A stretch of 64,000 nucleotides of DNA from Eledone cirrhosa (taxonomy: Eukaryota). The stretch lies in the NCBI GenBank assembly GCA_964016885.1, contig OZ024740.1, forward strand, positions 86,118,001 through 86,182,000, given 5' to 3'. Made by a program: the position numbers and the translations under genes. The notes under the pieces are model-generated. The model did no database searches and had not been told where the DNA came from. It saw only the letters and a list, made by a program, of their open reading frames with translations. Shown here one piece after another: positions 26,726 through 41,000 of this stretch (the stretch's first letter is position 1; every line of letters begins with the position of its first letter).

Positions 26726-27609
26726 GTTCTACAGATACTGCCAAACAACCACCTTAGTTTCAGTTACAGTAAAAGAATAATAAATACTTAGACCTAAATT
26801 GAAATATGGGAATATAAACCTTTTATGCTTGAGATATAAAGGAATGAACAGAATGACTTGGCACACTATATGTGAATCGAATGCATAGTTATTCGTAATA
26901 TGAACATAGTAATATGTATGCTTTACAAGCCAGTATCTAGAAGCTTTGCAAGCTTTGCAATGCCATAAATAATTGCTAACATAGAAGAATGAAATACTGA
27001 AAGGCCCAATTATGAATGAAACTCGGGAAATAATATTCTTCAAAATTTATAAAGCAGATATTTTTTATGTTTCGATCTTAAAGGGATATAAATATATGGA
27101 TTTCATCCAATCTCAATGATTTATTACCTTTATTGAACAGTACTATATTCTAAAGGAAAATAGTTTGGAAGAGAATCCATAATCATAAGCAGGGAAAACG
27201 TTTGTAGTTAAGAGTAATATATTTCTTACCTATTCAACTCAACAGTTAATTAGGACTTCCGTCATGATTACCAACGACGAAAAAACATCTACCCAATGCA
27301 CTATTTGCATATTTTATGTACTACTTGGACAATCTTCTTACAGAATCTGTCTGGAGATTAGTAACTGATCAGTGCTGATCAAGCTAAATATATACTTTTT
27401 TTTATTTTAAACAGGGTTTGAGTGAAATTTTGCTAATATTTCTAGCGGGTGAAACAAATACGTCGAGTTATATTCTATCCACAGAAACTCATATATAACT
27501 TTACTCTAATTTATTTAAGTCATTATTTGTTTCCTCAGTTTCAATAAAGTATACATTTTAAGGCATACATTTTAAAAGTTTATATGAAGTTAAAATAAAG
27601 AATATTATT

Positions 27610-27795
27610 AGTGGATTGGCAGTATCGGTAGAGGGTCGGAGGCCATGCTTTCCAGCATTGTTACGTCCCTTTACGATCTGAGTTCAAATTCCGCCGAGGT
27701 TGACTTTGCCTTTCATCCTTACGGGGTCGATAAAATAAAGTACCAGTAATGTACTGGGTAATTGCTGGCCTTGTGCCTAAAGTAGAAACAATTAT
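27610..27795 (+). mobile_element. tRNA-derived SINE with Nin/Deu-like central domain
   Basis: A-box TGGCAGTATCGGT, B-box GAGTTCAAATTCC, GCCTTTCATCCTTACGGGGTCGATAAAATAAAGTACC. Confidence 0.7.
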
Positions 27796-28068
27796 TATCA
27801 AAAAGTTAAACATTAATAATTAGGATTAATTAATTTCTGCATTGAATGATATTGCTAAAGAGGACTTCCAAGACATCTTGGATTTCACAAAAATATCCTG
27901 GGATTCTGCCAGGTGAGGTGTATTTTAATAAAATTTCATTAAAAAAAATCGTTTTTTAAAAAATATGAAATGCTCTCTGTCACATTTTCTTCCTCTCGCG
28001 CTCTCTCGTTCTCGTTCTCTCTTTCTATCTCATTCGCACTCACTCACTCAATCACTTCCTCACTCTCA

Positions 28069-28119
<51 letters not shown>

Positions 28120-28120
<1 letters not shown>

Positions 28121-28302
28121 GAAAAGAGTCAGGACCCCGACGGCTGAGCTAGATCCGAACGTTCGGATCTAGCTGTCGAAACGGCCGGAGCTCAGCCGTC
28201 GGGTTCCTGACTCTTTTCCTATTACCCACACTACTACCCTAAGTATTGAGTACTCTGGTGCGTTATGGTCCACCTGGTATCTTACCATATCCTCTTTGTT
28301 GT
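28120..28302 (+). mobile_element. PLE pLTR fold-back, family C
   Basis: Arms GGAAAAGAGTCAGGA..GACGGCTGAGCT / AGCTCAGCCGTC..TCCTGACTCTTTTCC; HHR 3' half. Confidence 0.72.
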
Positions 28303-28321
28303 TATATATATATATATTGTA

Positions 28322-28500
28322 TATAGAAATAACTTCCACACGACTAGAACTGTTCATTCCAATGAGTGAAACAGTTCTAGCCCTGTAGAAGTCATTTCCT
28401 TATATATAATAATATAATGATGCCTATACTCTACAATGTATTGAGTACCCTTTATAATCATGGTTTCCGCGCTACATATCTCGGTAAACTCCATAACATT
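28322..28500 (+). mobile_element. PLE pLTR fold-back related to 46450-46608
   Basis: CTAGAACTGTT..GAAACAGTTCTAG inverted arms; TTGAGTACCC motif; (TA)n flanks. Confidence 0.55.
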
Positions 28501-28515
28501 ATATATATATATATA

Positions 28516-28688
28516 CAATATATTAATAAATGTAAACTATATTTATAAAACCATAATTATTTTATTATATATATTTCAAGGGCAACCAAGGCAGTTTTGG
28601 TGCGCTTTCATCAGATAAAATACAAAATTTGTTTTATAAATGTTGACATACCCATAGAAAAGAACCTTGACGGTTGAAGATTCGCTGG
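28516..28688 (-). mobile_element. Single arm of family D pLTR with HHR
   Basis: Close match to 12378-12552. Confidence 0.75.
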
Positions 28689-28712
28689 ATATATATATAT
28701 ATAGAGAGAGAG

Positions 28713-29536
28713 AAATATAAATTTAGCGAGAATCGCATTTCGGCGAGTAGAAATTAGCGAAATGCAACTTCCGAATTGTGTTGGCGAGCGCTCAATGGAT
28801 ATGAAGATACCAGAGCTATAAACATAAGTTAAAAAGGCCATAGAAAACTGAGACGATGGTTAAGAAACTATTAACCAACCTAAGCTAAAAATGCGAGCAA
28901 TCTAAGCAGGTGAAACAAAATAAGATATGATTGAAATATTTACCCGGACCCAACGGGAAAGATGGTAAAATCCGATATAGGGTTTCTGCGACACCTAAAT
29001 CAATAATACTGTCTGCTTATAAAGAATAATAAGCTTTTAGTATAATGATCGAACAAGGATATCACTTTCTCAACAGGCATTTTGTTCTGCGTGCGCTAGG
29101 ATCTCACAGTGTTCGAAAGCACATTTGAACTCCAAAGGGGAGAAAGCCCCTAGTTTTGGCAAATGAATTCAGTATGAGTAGTCATTGCAAAAATTTGCAA
29201 AAATAGCACAAAACGAATTAAGCTCTCGACCGAGTTATTTTTAAAATAAACTTAAGCGATTAATCAGTCAATAGAATTAACTAAAAAAATCAAAAAAATT
29301 AACTGGTTAATTACTAAACTTGGGAGATTAATACAAATATAAATTTAGCGAGAATCGTATTTCGGCGAGTAGAAATTAGCGAAACGCAACTTCCGAATTG
29401 TGTTGGCAATCGCTCAATGGATATGAAGATACCAGAGCTACAAACATAAGTTAAAAAGGGCATACAAAACTGAGACGATGGTTAAGAAGCCATTAACTAC
29501 CTAAGCCAAAACACCGAGCAAGCTAAGCGGGTCAAA

Positions 29537-29542
<6 letters not shown>
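28713..29542 (-). mobile_element. Partial tandem (about 1.3 x 623 bp) pLTR-like element; related copy 63678-64000
   Basis: 28713-28921 repeated at 29336-29542; degenerate HHR on - strand at about 29025-29075. Confidence 0.6.
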
Positions 29543-29571
<29 letters not shown>

Positions 29572-29575
<4 letters not shown>

Positions 29576-29929
29576 GTAGGAGGTGAGTTTTATTGTAGTA
29601 CAATAAAGCAATGCAGATATCGGATAAGAAGCACTCTACAGTTTGTAGGACTGGAGTATACATAATATATAAGAACAAAAGATGGTTAAAAGAGTTCCAT
29701 GTATTTTATTATGCGCATTTCAAAAACAAATATCATCATGCAATAATATTTGTGTTTTCATCAGATAAAACAGGAAGACATGATATGAAGGTTAAAAAAC
29801 ACTTGTGGATAGTGCAGTTTTAAATCAACATGTTTTATCTGATGAAAACACAAATATTATTGCATGATGATATTTGTTTTTGAAATGCGCATAATAAAAT
29901 ACATGGAACTCTTTTAACCATCTTTTGTT

Positions 29930-29935
<6 letters not shown>
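29572..29935 (-). mobile_element. PLE pLTR fold-back, family 'H' (second copy 61982-62372)
   Basis: Arms 29665-29771 / 29831-29937, each with a complete HHR. Confidence 0.8.
29832..29900 (+). ncRNA. Type I hammerhead ribozyme
   Basis: GTTTTAT-CTGATGA-AAACACAAATAT..ATATTTGTTTTT-GAAA-TGCGCA-TA-ATAAAAT. Confidence 0.85.
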
Positions 29936-30417
<482 letters not shown>

Positions 30418-30421
30418 ATAC

Positions 30422-30482
<61 letters not shown>

Positions 30483-30568
30483 AAAAGCGTCAGGCCCGCG
30501 ACGGCTGAGCTCCGGCCGTTTCGCACCAGAGTATTCGATACTATATATATATATATATATACTATATA

Positions 30569-30650
30569 TACATGGTGCAGCAGAAAAACCTCCCATATTT
30601 TACAGGTTCAACCTTAAAATGTTGGGGTTATTCCTGCTGCACCCTGTGTA
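30569..30650. mobile_element. Tiny Tc1/mariner-type MITE
   Basis: Imperfect TIRs TACATGGTGCAGCAGAAAAACC / GGTTATTCCTGCTGCACCCTGTGTA, TA at ends. Confidence 0.5.
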
Positions 30651-31441
30651 TATATCATGAAATAATTCTTGTTTCATTATATTTCTTGTAAAAGTTCGGA
30701 AGATAATGATTGTTCTAAAAATATATCTACGTGTTCTAAATTTGTGGGAAATTGTATAAAGATTCTACTATAAAATAAGGTTATGAACCACTGTTGTAGA
30801 GATATATTTCTTTGAATAGAGAGTTACATATTAAAATAGTTGTATCCACACAACATTTATTTGAGTGAAATCTTAAAGCAGATATGTCTAAGCTTTTCTT
30901 CTCACAGCAAAAATTCGTTTTCCCCTTGTTGACCAATATCCGTATAAGACTAAAGACAATTCAGTTTAAATAATTTTACTGATTCTTGTCAGGATTTCAT
31001 AATTATATTTCAATAAGCTATCGCCTTTGTCAATCTAATTTTTATTTTAGAAGTTAGAATTTTAGAATCAAATTGTTTCATTCTTGATCTACATTTTCGC
31101 GTGACATGTTCCTGTTTATGTTTAAAAAGTGTTTACTTTAGTCGGCATTTTTAATGTACAGACTATTCTTTTGAAATCTATTCTTCTCAGGTGTATCTTA
31201 GGGATTTGTGTAAACCTACGTAAAACAGAAATATCATAGAAAAACTCACGAACACTTGGATGGACTATTAATGAGAAAATATTTGTCTATCAAATAACAT
31301 TTCATTTCGTTTAATATATTTAGGAACACACCCACATGATCTTGGATACACAATTTTGAATATTAAAGTAATAATCCGTTATATTTCTTTCACATTCGTA
31401 GAAAACATTAATGTTGGTGATTAAAAACTGACCTTCTAGAT

Positions 31442-31560
31442 CAGTGTTTCCCAACGTTTGCGCTAGCACCCCCTTGTGGGCGCTGTTGTGTTGAAAGAGG
31501 CGCTGGGAGTTTTTATTTCATTTGGGGGGCGGTGAATATACTCAGTGGGGCGTTGGGCAT
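31442..31560. mobile_element. Possible hAT/Charlie terminal fragment
   Basis: Begins CAGTGTTTCCCAAC, followed by GGGGGCG-type subterminal motifs; no second end seen. Confidence 0.35.
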
Positions 31561-34049
31561 TTATCCGTTTTATTCTTTCAAATCTTTTTCTTTCTAGAAT
31601 CTAGATGAATTAAAATAATTATTCATATTTGTTTTAAAATGATATTAAGGATAAATATGTTATATTATCTAATCGTAAAACTATTTGCAATATAAATTCC
31701 AGCTCTAGTTGACATGGTTTAATGTGACACCTCTGGTCTAATTAAGGTAGATATATTTCTGGCAAACGCAATCTTTCTAAGTTCAGTTGAATTTCCATAA
31801 ACATGATTTTGAAATCAATGATAATATAAATAATATCATCGCTCTTCATCACCAACAGTGTGCTATATCAGTGCCGTTTCTTCTTATGTGCTCATATTTT
31901 GGTGCAACACTATGCTTTACATTTCAATTCTGACATCAATACCCACAAGTCATTATAACACTCTCCAACACCTGACATTGTAACAATCACACATTAGTCG
32001 TTGATTGAAGTATTGTCTGCATGTTCTAGCTGTTGTCATTGCAACAATTCCAAGGATACTTGTAAAGATAGAATCTAATGAAGTAACATTCCCAATGAAC
32101 TTTCACCTTAATACATTGATATGCAGATTTTGCTCCATCACGCTGTTTATCGTGAATACTTTATCTTCTTTTGTTTGATCACGACTCTGTCCCTATTCCG
32201 TTTTGAAGATAATAATATAAATGTGGAAGCTTCTAATAACCCCACACAGTAGTTCAATCTTAATCCTCACCTAGTTCAGTCATTCATGATACAGCGTTCG
32301 AATTCAGTCAAGGGAAGCAACCTCGATATTTGAGAAAATATATGTTGTCAATTTCCCTAGATTATATCTCGGAATAAACATTTTACACATTTCATAAGAC
32401 AAGATTTGTGGTTAGAAACTTTGAACTACACTAATATTCATTGACAATTTTCAAGTAACTGGTTGAAAACACTCAATGTTTAGTATTCTCTTAATTGATA
32501 TAATTTAGTTATTGGCAAACCGAAAGCAAAATATAATACAGTTCAAAATACTATTTCATGGCAATGAAATCTTTTAGAGAAAGATCGGGAATTTCATAAA
32601 AGAAAACGGTGCAGACATAACATAGACTGAATACAGCACCTAGTTTAATATCATCTTCTGGCCTTTAGATGCCGTTAGTGGGGATCACTTTGTTGCAAGC
32701 ATTCAATCACTGTCCGGATGTTATAGAGCATATATTATAAACCTCTCTGTCTAAATGTAAAATATATAAATCTTATTTTCTACGAAAACAGGAAATGTAC
32801 GTTATGCAAATTAGACTGGTCATTTCAGTGAAATTCTGGTTTAGTTTTGATAAAAATACTGATTTTATATAAGTTTCCTTCGGAGGTGGAATAGCAAAGA
32901 TACATGCTTTCTGATGATTACATTAGATATTGGAGTATTTATTAAAATAAGTCTTAGAAGTAAAGACGGAATGGATCAAGGCTGACCATATGTCTATTGA
33001 CCATATGTCTATTAAATCAATAGCAATCTGCAGCTAAACAACAAGGGCCAACATATTACAGCCAATATCAGCTTCTTCTGACTAAAAAACAAAAAGAAAA
33101 CTCACCATTTATACGCAGACTTCAGTACGCTATAGCAGCACACTACTAATGCGACCCAATTGTTGAGGTAACATAAATTCTACCTTCTTGTACAACTAGC
33201 TAAAAACGAAATAGCAAGAGCTATATAGTATTTGATATATAGACTGAAACTTTAATCATATATGTACTTTCTAATCATTGCTAAACAAGAAATGCAAAAT
33301 ATATTCAAGGACATCGATTTAAAGACGAAGCATTTTACGAAGTCATTCAAATATAGCATAACCATGCTGAACTATCTTTTAAAAGAAAGGACTCGTTAGA
33401 CTTAGAGACATTCTGTTTAAGAGAATAGACGGGATGACTGTCCATGGAATGGCTTTGAAAATAGGTTTTCTTTCTCACGGTTCTAATGTGAGACCCCCCC
33501 CCCCCCCCCAAAAAAAAAGGCAATAACCCTAAGACATATTTCACTGTATTCTGTATATTGAAGGAGAAACATTTTATATCTGATAGAGCCAATATATTTC
33601 ATTCCTTTCCCACTATAGCCTCTCTATTTTCGGTACAAACTTGTATTCAAACCCTAATTAGATAAGATAAGAAGCTAAAACAACTCATTAGCAATAGTAA
33701 GTTATCTCTTCAGTATGTCATAACAGAGACAGAATCCGATGAATCTCGTAATGGTCTGAGTCGGCAGAAGTTCTACAGTAAAATTCATGTTTAAATGAGA
33801 TCGAATTCTGTGCGAAAAATAAATTGTCCTTTCAGCACAGTCTTTCTATTTGAGAGAGGGGGGGGGGGGAGAGGCGGGGGAATTGTGAAAGAAAAGAGAT
33901 AAAGTTAGGGAGACATACAGATGAAAACAATTACTTTTCTTTCTTATATGAATCAACAATCGCGAAATGTCACATTTATCCTTTCTTCATGGCAAAAAGG
34001 CTGAGCAATAAATGAGCTTCATTTCATCTATGATCCAACTCCACTCTTT

Positions 34050-34420
34050 GAATAATGAATTTTTTCCTAATAATTAATACAACTGAAATGTAGGCATTTT
34101 TATTGTACACAATTCATACATGCTTACATGTTCAGTAACTCAGCAACAAATTCTGCAATGAAAGTAAAATCATCAGCATATACAAATTTCTCAAGAGCAA
34201 CAACATTTCAATATATATAGGAATACTATTCATGATATTGAAATGGTTTATTGTCAAGATGACCTACTCTGATATTTGGTGCACAATACATAAAGAAGAG
34301 GTGCTTGCAATGAAAGCCGATGCAGCTGTTATATTTGTTAAAATGTAATATGTGGTTGAACATAATAGGCCTCAAAATAGAGCCACGGGGAATTCTCGCT
34401 GTCCCTCAATATATATATAT
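34050..34420 (-). pseudogene. Ancient LINE (CR1/L2-like) RT relic
   Basis: Reverse strand translates to IPRGSILRPIMF (about 34360-34392) and VYADDFTF (about 34160-34183). Confidence 0.4.
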
Positions 34421-34795
34421 CGTCGAAGCTTTAGCATATGTTTGCCTTGCTTGATACAGATGTTCTGTAAACATGGCCTGCATGTCTTTCGGGTGCTATT
34501 CACACAATTCTGACTTAATCAGCGCACAACACACTGTATAGTATAGACCTCAGTTAAAGTATTTGCATAAGGAATTGGATGTAATTACACAATTACGAAT
34601 CTTTTGCTGTCGAAAGTGTTCTTTGACTCTTTATTTCTAAGAGCATCAGACAGGTAGATAAAGTGTATTGCACGTACAACTATGTTAATATATGCATTTT
34701 TGTTCGAAATTGTAGGCTTAATGTTTGCACATAGGTAGCTAAAATTATGTAGAATCAGCTATAGGTTATGTGACAGAAATCATACTGCAGAAGGT

Positions 34796-34886
<91 letters not shown>

Positions 34887-35109
34887 CGTATGTATTTAAA
34901 TGGTAGAGGTTGCGATAAACAATAAAAGAGCAGCCGTATTTTGTGTTCGTATCAACTGTATTTCTGAATATGAATGGTGTCGACATATGTCTTGGTGTAG
35001 CAAGACTGAACTACAAATACTGAATTACGATATCTTTCAGGACTGCAGGCAGCGTATTCTTTTTATTGGTGCTACTTACTACGTTACCATTTATGGTTTT
35101 AAAGCAAGA

Positions 35110-35450
35110 ATCTTAAGTGTTAGGATTAAGAATTATTGGTTATGGTTAGAGCTAAATTTAAAGTTTACATATTAGTGTTAGAGTTAAGGTTTAAGGTAAA
35201 GTTTAAGTGTTTAAGATCAGGGTTCGATTTTAGAGTAAAACGTTAAGGTTTAGGGTTAGGATTAATGTTTAGGGTTAATGGTGAGGGTGGTGAGTATTTA
35301 ACATTAGAATTTGAAGTTAATATTTTAAGTTTAGAATTTAGGTTTATGAAGTATGAGTTAGGATATGGGACTAGAATTAGGGTTAACGGTTGAGGTGTAG
35401 GGCTTAGTGTAATAGGCGAGGAAGACAGTTAGATTTAAACGGTTAGGGTG
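35110..35450 (+). repeat. Degenerate interstitial TTAGGG-like tract
   Basis: Repeated TTAGGG, TTAGAG, TTAAGG, TTAGTG hexamers. Confidence 0.6.
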
Positions 35451-35616
35451 TCATAATATTTAATTTTTTAATTTTATTTCTCGAAGTCGTAATCGTTAAT
35501 ATTTAAAACCTGAATACGAAAAGAATGATTCTGAAAAAAAAAAATCAATTAGAGTGTGCGTGACTGCACAAATCTCTATAACACACAGATGGACACACGT
35601 CCACACGCTATTTCTT

Positions 35617-35724
<108 letters not shown>

Positions 35725-36195
35725 GTGTGCGTGAGTGAATATATACATACATGATATGACAGCAACTAAAGCAGAAATCGTACGCCATGCTTTTTCAAAG
35801 TTTTGCATTATAGCTCTTCGATGTGACTAAGGGTTTTATTACAAGCTTATATAGATGTTGTACATTTAAAACAACGCTTATATATATATTAGGATTCAAG
35901 AATCTAATATTTAAATTATATATAATGTAATTGTCCATAATATATTTAGACATAGGCGTATAAACATAAGTGATAGATTGAAACGACCAGGCATGAATTG
36001 AATCAAGTAATCAGAGAGAAAGAAAGACAAATATATCGAGATACGAAGAATGAGAAAGGAAATATTAACTAAATATATATAAGAATATAAGGACGGCAAG
36101 CAAGAAAGAAAAAAAAAGACGATAAAGGAAGATATAGAATGAAGAACGAAAGAAAAAAGAAAGAAAAAAAGATAAGAAAGAAAGTAGGTAAGAAA

Positions 36196-36242
<47 letters not shown>

Positions 36243-36527
36243 AGAAAATGAGAAAGAAAGCGATTAAGTACATTAACTAAAGATAACAGTGGATATACAA
36301 TGGATACGATAACTTATATTTATACGGTATATTTATGGAGTGTAAAAGTGAATAAGAAGTGTATAAAGTTTATCGATATGTAAGTATTTGACCAAATAGA
36401 AAGATAATAAAGCAGAGAGGTTAAGGAGAGGAAGAGGTTAATTCATTAAAGTTTACGTGAGGTTTGAAGATGAGAAGTAAAAAAGAGTAAGAAAATAAGC
36501 AAAAGAAAAGGAAATGAGACGAAGAGC

Positions 36528-36589
<62 letters not shown>

Positions 36590-36609
36590 ACAATACATGG
36601 AGAAGAGTA

Positions 36610-36950
36610 GACGCTATATGACCGAATGGTTAAGGAGCTCACTTTGCAATTATTAAGTTCCAGGTTAGATATCACCCACGACGTGGCATCTTGGGCAAGT
36701 ATGGCACATCATAGCTTCGGACTCATGCCTTGTGGGTGAAATTGGAAAGACAGAAAGAGTTTGAAATAGCATTTGTAATTTAAAAGGCCAACTTTATCAC
36801 ACATTATATCATACCCAATCTCCTTGAGAATTAGGTTAAGATTACACGTGTCTGTGGAATGATGGACCTTTTAAACGTTAGTTTCATGAGTAGGCTGTTC
36901 ATTTGATCGAACAACTCGAACAATCATCGACGAAACCGACGGAGGACCAT
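36610..36950 (+). mobile_element. Old tRNA-derived SINE with RTE-like tail
   Basis: TGACCGAATGGTTAAG A-box, CTTGGGCAAGT, 3' part homologous to reverse complement of 46612-46780. Confidence 0.6.
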
Positions 36951-37821
36951 TTGAATCCTCGAGGAGAAGAGTTCGTAGGTATATAAATAAAATAAACCCA
37001 TTAGTTAAACAAGATTCAACAAATTAGATTAATTTTTTCCAATTATGAGAAAAACTTATATCACTTTACTCTCAGATCTCTCGTGAAATACCTTTGATAC
37101 ACATTTGCTAATAGAAAGGCTTTTATACAAAATACCGGACAGAAAAGGGCACTAAGTTATTTATAGCGATTCTAGGACCTTTGAAAACAAGATCGAATTA
37201 TTCCAAAGTAATTAGATTTACACTGTTGCAATATATGTACTATAACGACTTTCCGGCAAATGGTGGACCAGCACATCTTTTTATCCGGATACGATGAAGG
37301 AAGGACACTCGAATTTCTCACTACTCTCCAGAGTAGTCAATTTACATTAGAAAGCATCCATGTAGCATTAATTTTAAATTTAACTTTAGGTTATTATAGT
37401 AGAGAGTTGGGAGAGTGTTTCTGGTCTCGTAACACGTTTTTTGAAATAATCATTATATAGTCTGGCAAAGTAAATAATCCGGCATAGGTTTGGAATCATG
37501 TGTACTGGCTAATTTTTGTTGTATCGATATTCAAATTTTATATAGAAAATGTTCCGTTTTATGAACTTGTTTTGCAGACGACAGTTCGAACGAAATCATT
37601 CGTAGAATTCAACAAGTTCAGAAAGAACGTTATTATGAAGATATTATCCCAGCTACAAAGGTATAGCAACACAGATCCTCCAGAATATGGTTTGCTGCAT
37701 TGGAGGACTAACCATTGTAACATAAGATTTTGGTGTCTTCATCTTCCTATTTCCAGACGAGCCGTAAAATAAAAATTGGTGTTTCTTTTCTCTGCGTGTT
37801 TATATGTTTATGGGCGCTGTG

Positions 37822-38040
37822 TACGATGGTCGGCTGAAAAGTTCATAGCCTGAAAAGTTCATAGGTTGACCAAGATACTTTCATGGAATGACCAAACGAG
37901 GTTTATTTTTCTACATAGTACCTGGAAGGAAACAATGCATTTATTAATAACAAGAGTGGAAATTAATGCATGCAAGATTCCACAGCTCTAGCATTAATCC
38001 TTCGTAATTAGCCTATGAACATTTCAGGCGACTCTCGTAT
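37822..38040. mobile_element. mariner-type MITE
   Basis: TIRs TACGATGGTCGGCTGAAAAGTTCATAG / CTATGAACATTTCAGGCGACTCTCGTA. Confidence 0.7.
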
Positions 38041-38087
38041 ATAGGCGTTTAAGTTATGTTCTATTAAAACTGAATAACTTCGTTTAC

Positions 38088-41000
38088 TACACACGTCACA
38101 TAGTGTTCTATTCGATCTGCACACGTCACACAGTGTTCTAATTCAATCTGCACACATCACACAGTGTTCTATTCGATCTGCACACGTCACACGGTGTTCT
38201 ATTCGATCTGCACACGTCACACGGTGTTCTATTCGATCTGCACACGTCACACAGTGTTCTATTCGATCTGCACACGTCACACAGTGTTCTAATTCAATCT
38301 GCACACGTCACACGGTGTTCTATTCGATCTGCACCCGTCACACAGTGTTCTAATTCGATCTGCACACGTCACACAGTGTTCTAATTCAATCTGCACACGT
38401 CATACGGTGTTCTATTCGATCTGCACACGTCACACAGTGTTCTATTCGATCTGCACACGTCACACAGTGTTCTAATTCAATCTGCACACGTTACACGGTG
38501 TTCTATTCGATCTGCACACGTCACACAGTGTTCTAATTCAATCTGCACACGCCACACGGTGTTCTATTCGATCTGCACACGTCACACAGTGTTCTAATTC
38601 AATCTGCACACGTCACACGGTGTTCTATTCGATCTGCACACGTCACACAGTGTTCTATTCGATCTGCACACGTCACACAGTGTTCTAATTCAATCTGCAC
38701 ACGTCACACGGTGTTCTATTCGATCTGCACACGTCACACAGTGTTCTAATTCAATCTGCACACGTCACACGGTGTTCTATTCGATCTGCACACGTCACAC
38801 AGTGTTCTAATTCAATCTGCACACGTCACACGGTGTTCTATTCGATCTGCACACGTCACACAGTGTTCTATTCGATCTGCACACGTCACACAGTGTTCTA
38901 ATTCAATCTGCACACGTCACACGGTGTTCTATTCGATCTGCACACGTTACACAGTGTTCTAATTCAATCTGCACACGTCACACGGTGTGCTATTCGATCT
39001 GCACACGTCACACAGTGTTCTATTCGATCTGCACACGTCACACAGTGTTCTAATTCAATCTGCACACGTCACACGGTGTTCTATTCGATCTGCACACGTC
39101 ACACAGTGTTCTAATTCGATCTGCACACGTCACACGGTGTTCTATTCGATCTGCACACGTCACACAGTGTTCTAATTCAATCTGCACACGTCACACGGTG
39201 TTCTATTCGATCTGCACACGTCACACAGTGTTCTAATTCAATCTGCACACGTCACACAGTGTTCTATTCGATCTGCACACGTCACACGGTGTTCTATTCG
39301 ATCTGCACACGTCACACGGTGTTCTATTCGATCTGTACACGTCACACAGTGTTCTAATTCGATCTGCACACGTCACACAGTGTTCTATTCGATCTGCACA
39401 CGTCACACAGTGTTCTAATTCAGTTTGCACACGTCACACGGTGTTCTATTCGATCTGCACACGTCACACAGTGTTCTAATTCAATCTGCACACGTCACAC
39501 AGTGTTCTATTCGATCTGCACACGTCACACGGTGCTCTATTCGATCTGCACACGTCACACGGTGTTCTATTCGATCTGCACACGTCACACAGTGTTCTAA
39601 TTCGATCTGAACACGTCACACAGTGTTCTAATTCCATCTGCACACGTCACACAGTGTTCTATTCGATCTGCACACGTCACACAGTGTTCTAATTCAATCT
39701 GCACACGTCACACGGTGTTCTATTCGATCTGCACACGTCACACAGTGTTCTAATTCAATCTGCACACGTCACACGGTGTTCTATTCGATCTGCACACGTC
39801 ACACAGTGTTCTAATTCAATCTGCACACGTAATACAGTGTTCTAATTCGATCTGCACACGTCATACAGTGTTCTAATTCGATCTGCACACGTCACACAGT
39901 GTTCTATTCGATCTGCACACGTCACACAGTGTTCTAATTCAATCTGCACACGTCACACGGTGTTCTATTCGATCTGCACACGTCACACAGTGTTCTAATT
40001 CAATCTGCACACGTCACACAGTGTTCTATTCGATCTGCACACGTCACACAGTGTTCTAATTCAATCTGCACACGTCACACAGTGTTCTATTCGATCTGCA
40101 CACGTCACACAGTGTTCAAATTCAATCTGCACGCGTAATACAGTGTTCTAATTCGATCTGCACACGTCATACAGTGTTCTAATTTGATCTGCACACGTCA
40201 CACAGTGTTCTAATTCAATCTGCACACGTCACACGGTGTTCTATTCGATCTGCACACGTAATACAGTGTTCTAATCCGATCTGCACATGTCACACAGTGT
40301 TCTATTCGATCTGCACACGTCACACATTGTTCTAATTCAATCTGCACACGTAATACAGTGTTCTAATTCGATCTGCACACGTCACACAGTGTTCTATTCG
40401 ATCTGCACACGTCACACAGTGTTCTAATTCAATATGCACACGTCATACAGTGTTCTAATTCGATTTGCACACGTCACACAGTGTTCTAATTCGATCTGCA
40501 CACGTCACACAGTGTTCTATTCGATCTGCACACGTCACACGGTGTTCTATTCGATCTGCACACGTCACACAGTGTTCTAATTCAATCTGCACACGTCACA
40601 CAGTGTTCTATTCGATCTGCACACGTCACACAGTGTTCTAATTCAATCTGCACACGTCACACGGTGTTCTATTCGATCTGCACACGTCACACAGTGTTCT
40701 AATTCAATCTGCACACGTAATACAGTATTCTAATTCGATCTGCACACGTCATGCAGTGTTCTAATTCGATCTGCACACGTCACACAGTGTTCTATTCGAA
40801 ATGCACACGTCACACAGTGTTCTAATTCAATCTGCACACGTCACACGGTGTTCTATTCGATCTGCACACGTCACACAGTGTTCTAATTCAATCTGCACAC
40901 GTCACACAGTGTTCTATTCGATCTGCACACGTCACACAGTGTTCTAATTCAATCTGCACACGTCACACAGTGTTCTATTCGATCTGCACACGTCACACAG

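Noticed and set aside
30660-34000. Possible host exons
   Set aside because: No ORF with recognisable motifs; short exons cannot be excluded without transcript data.
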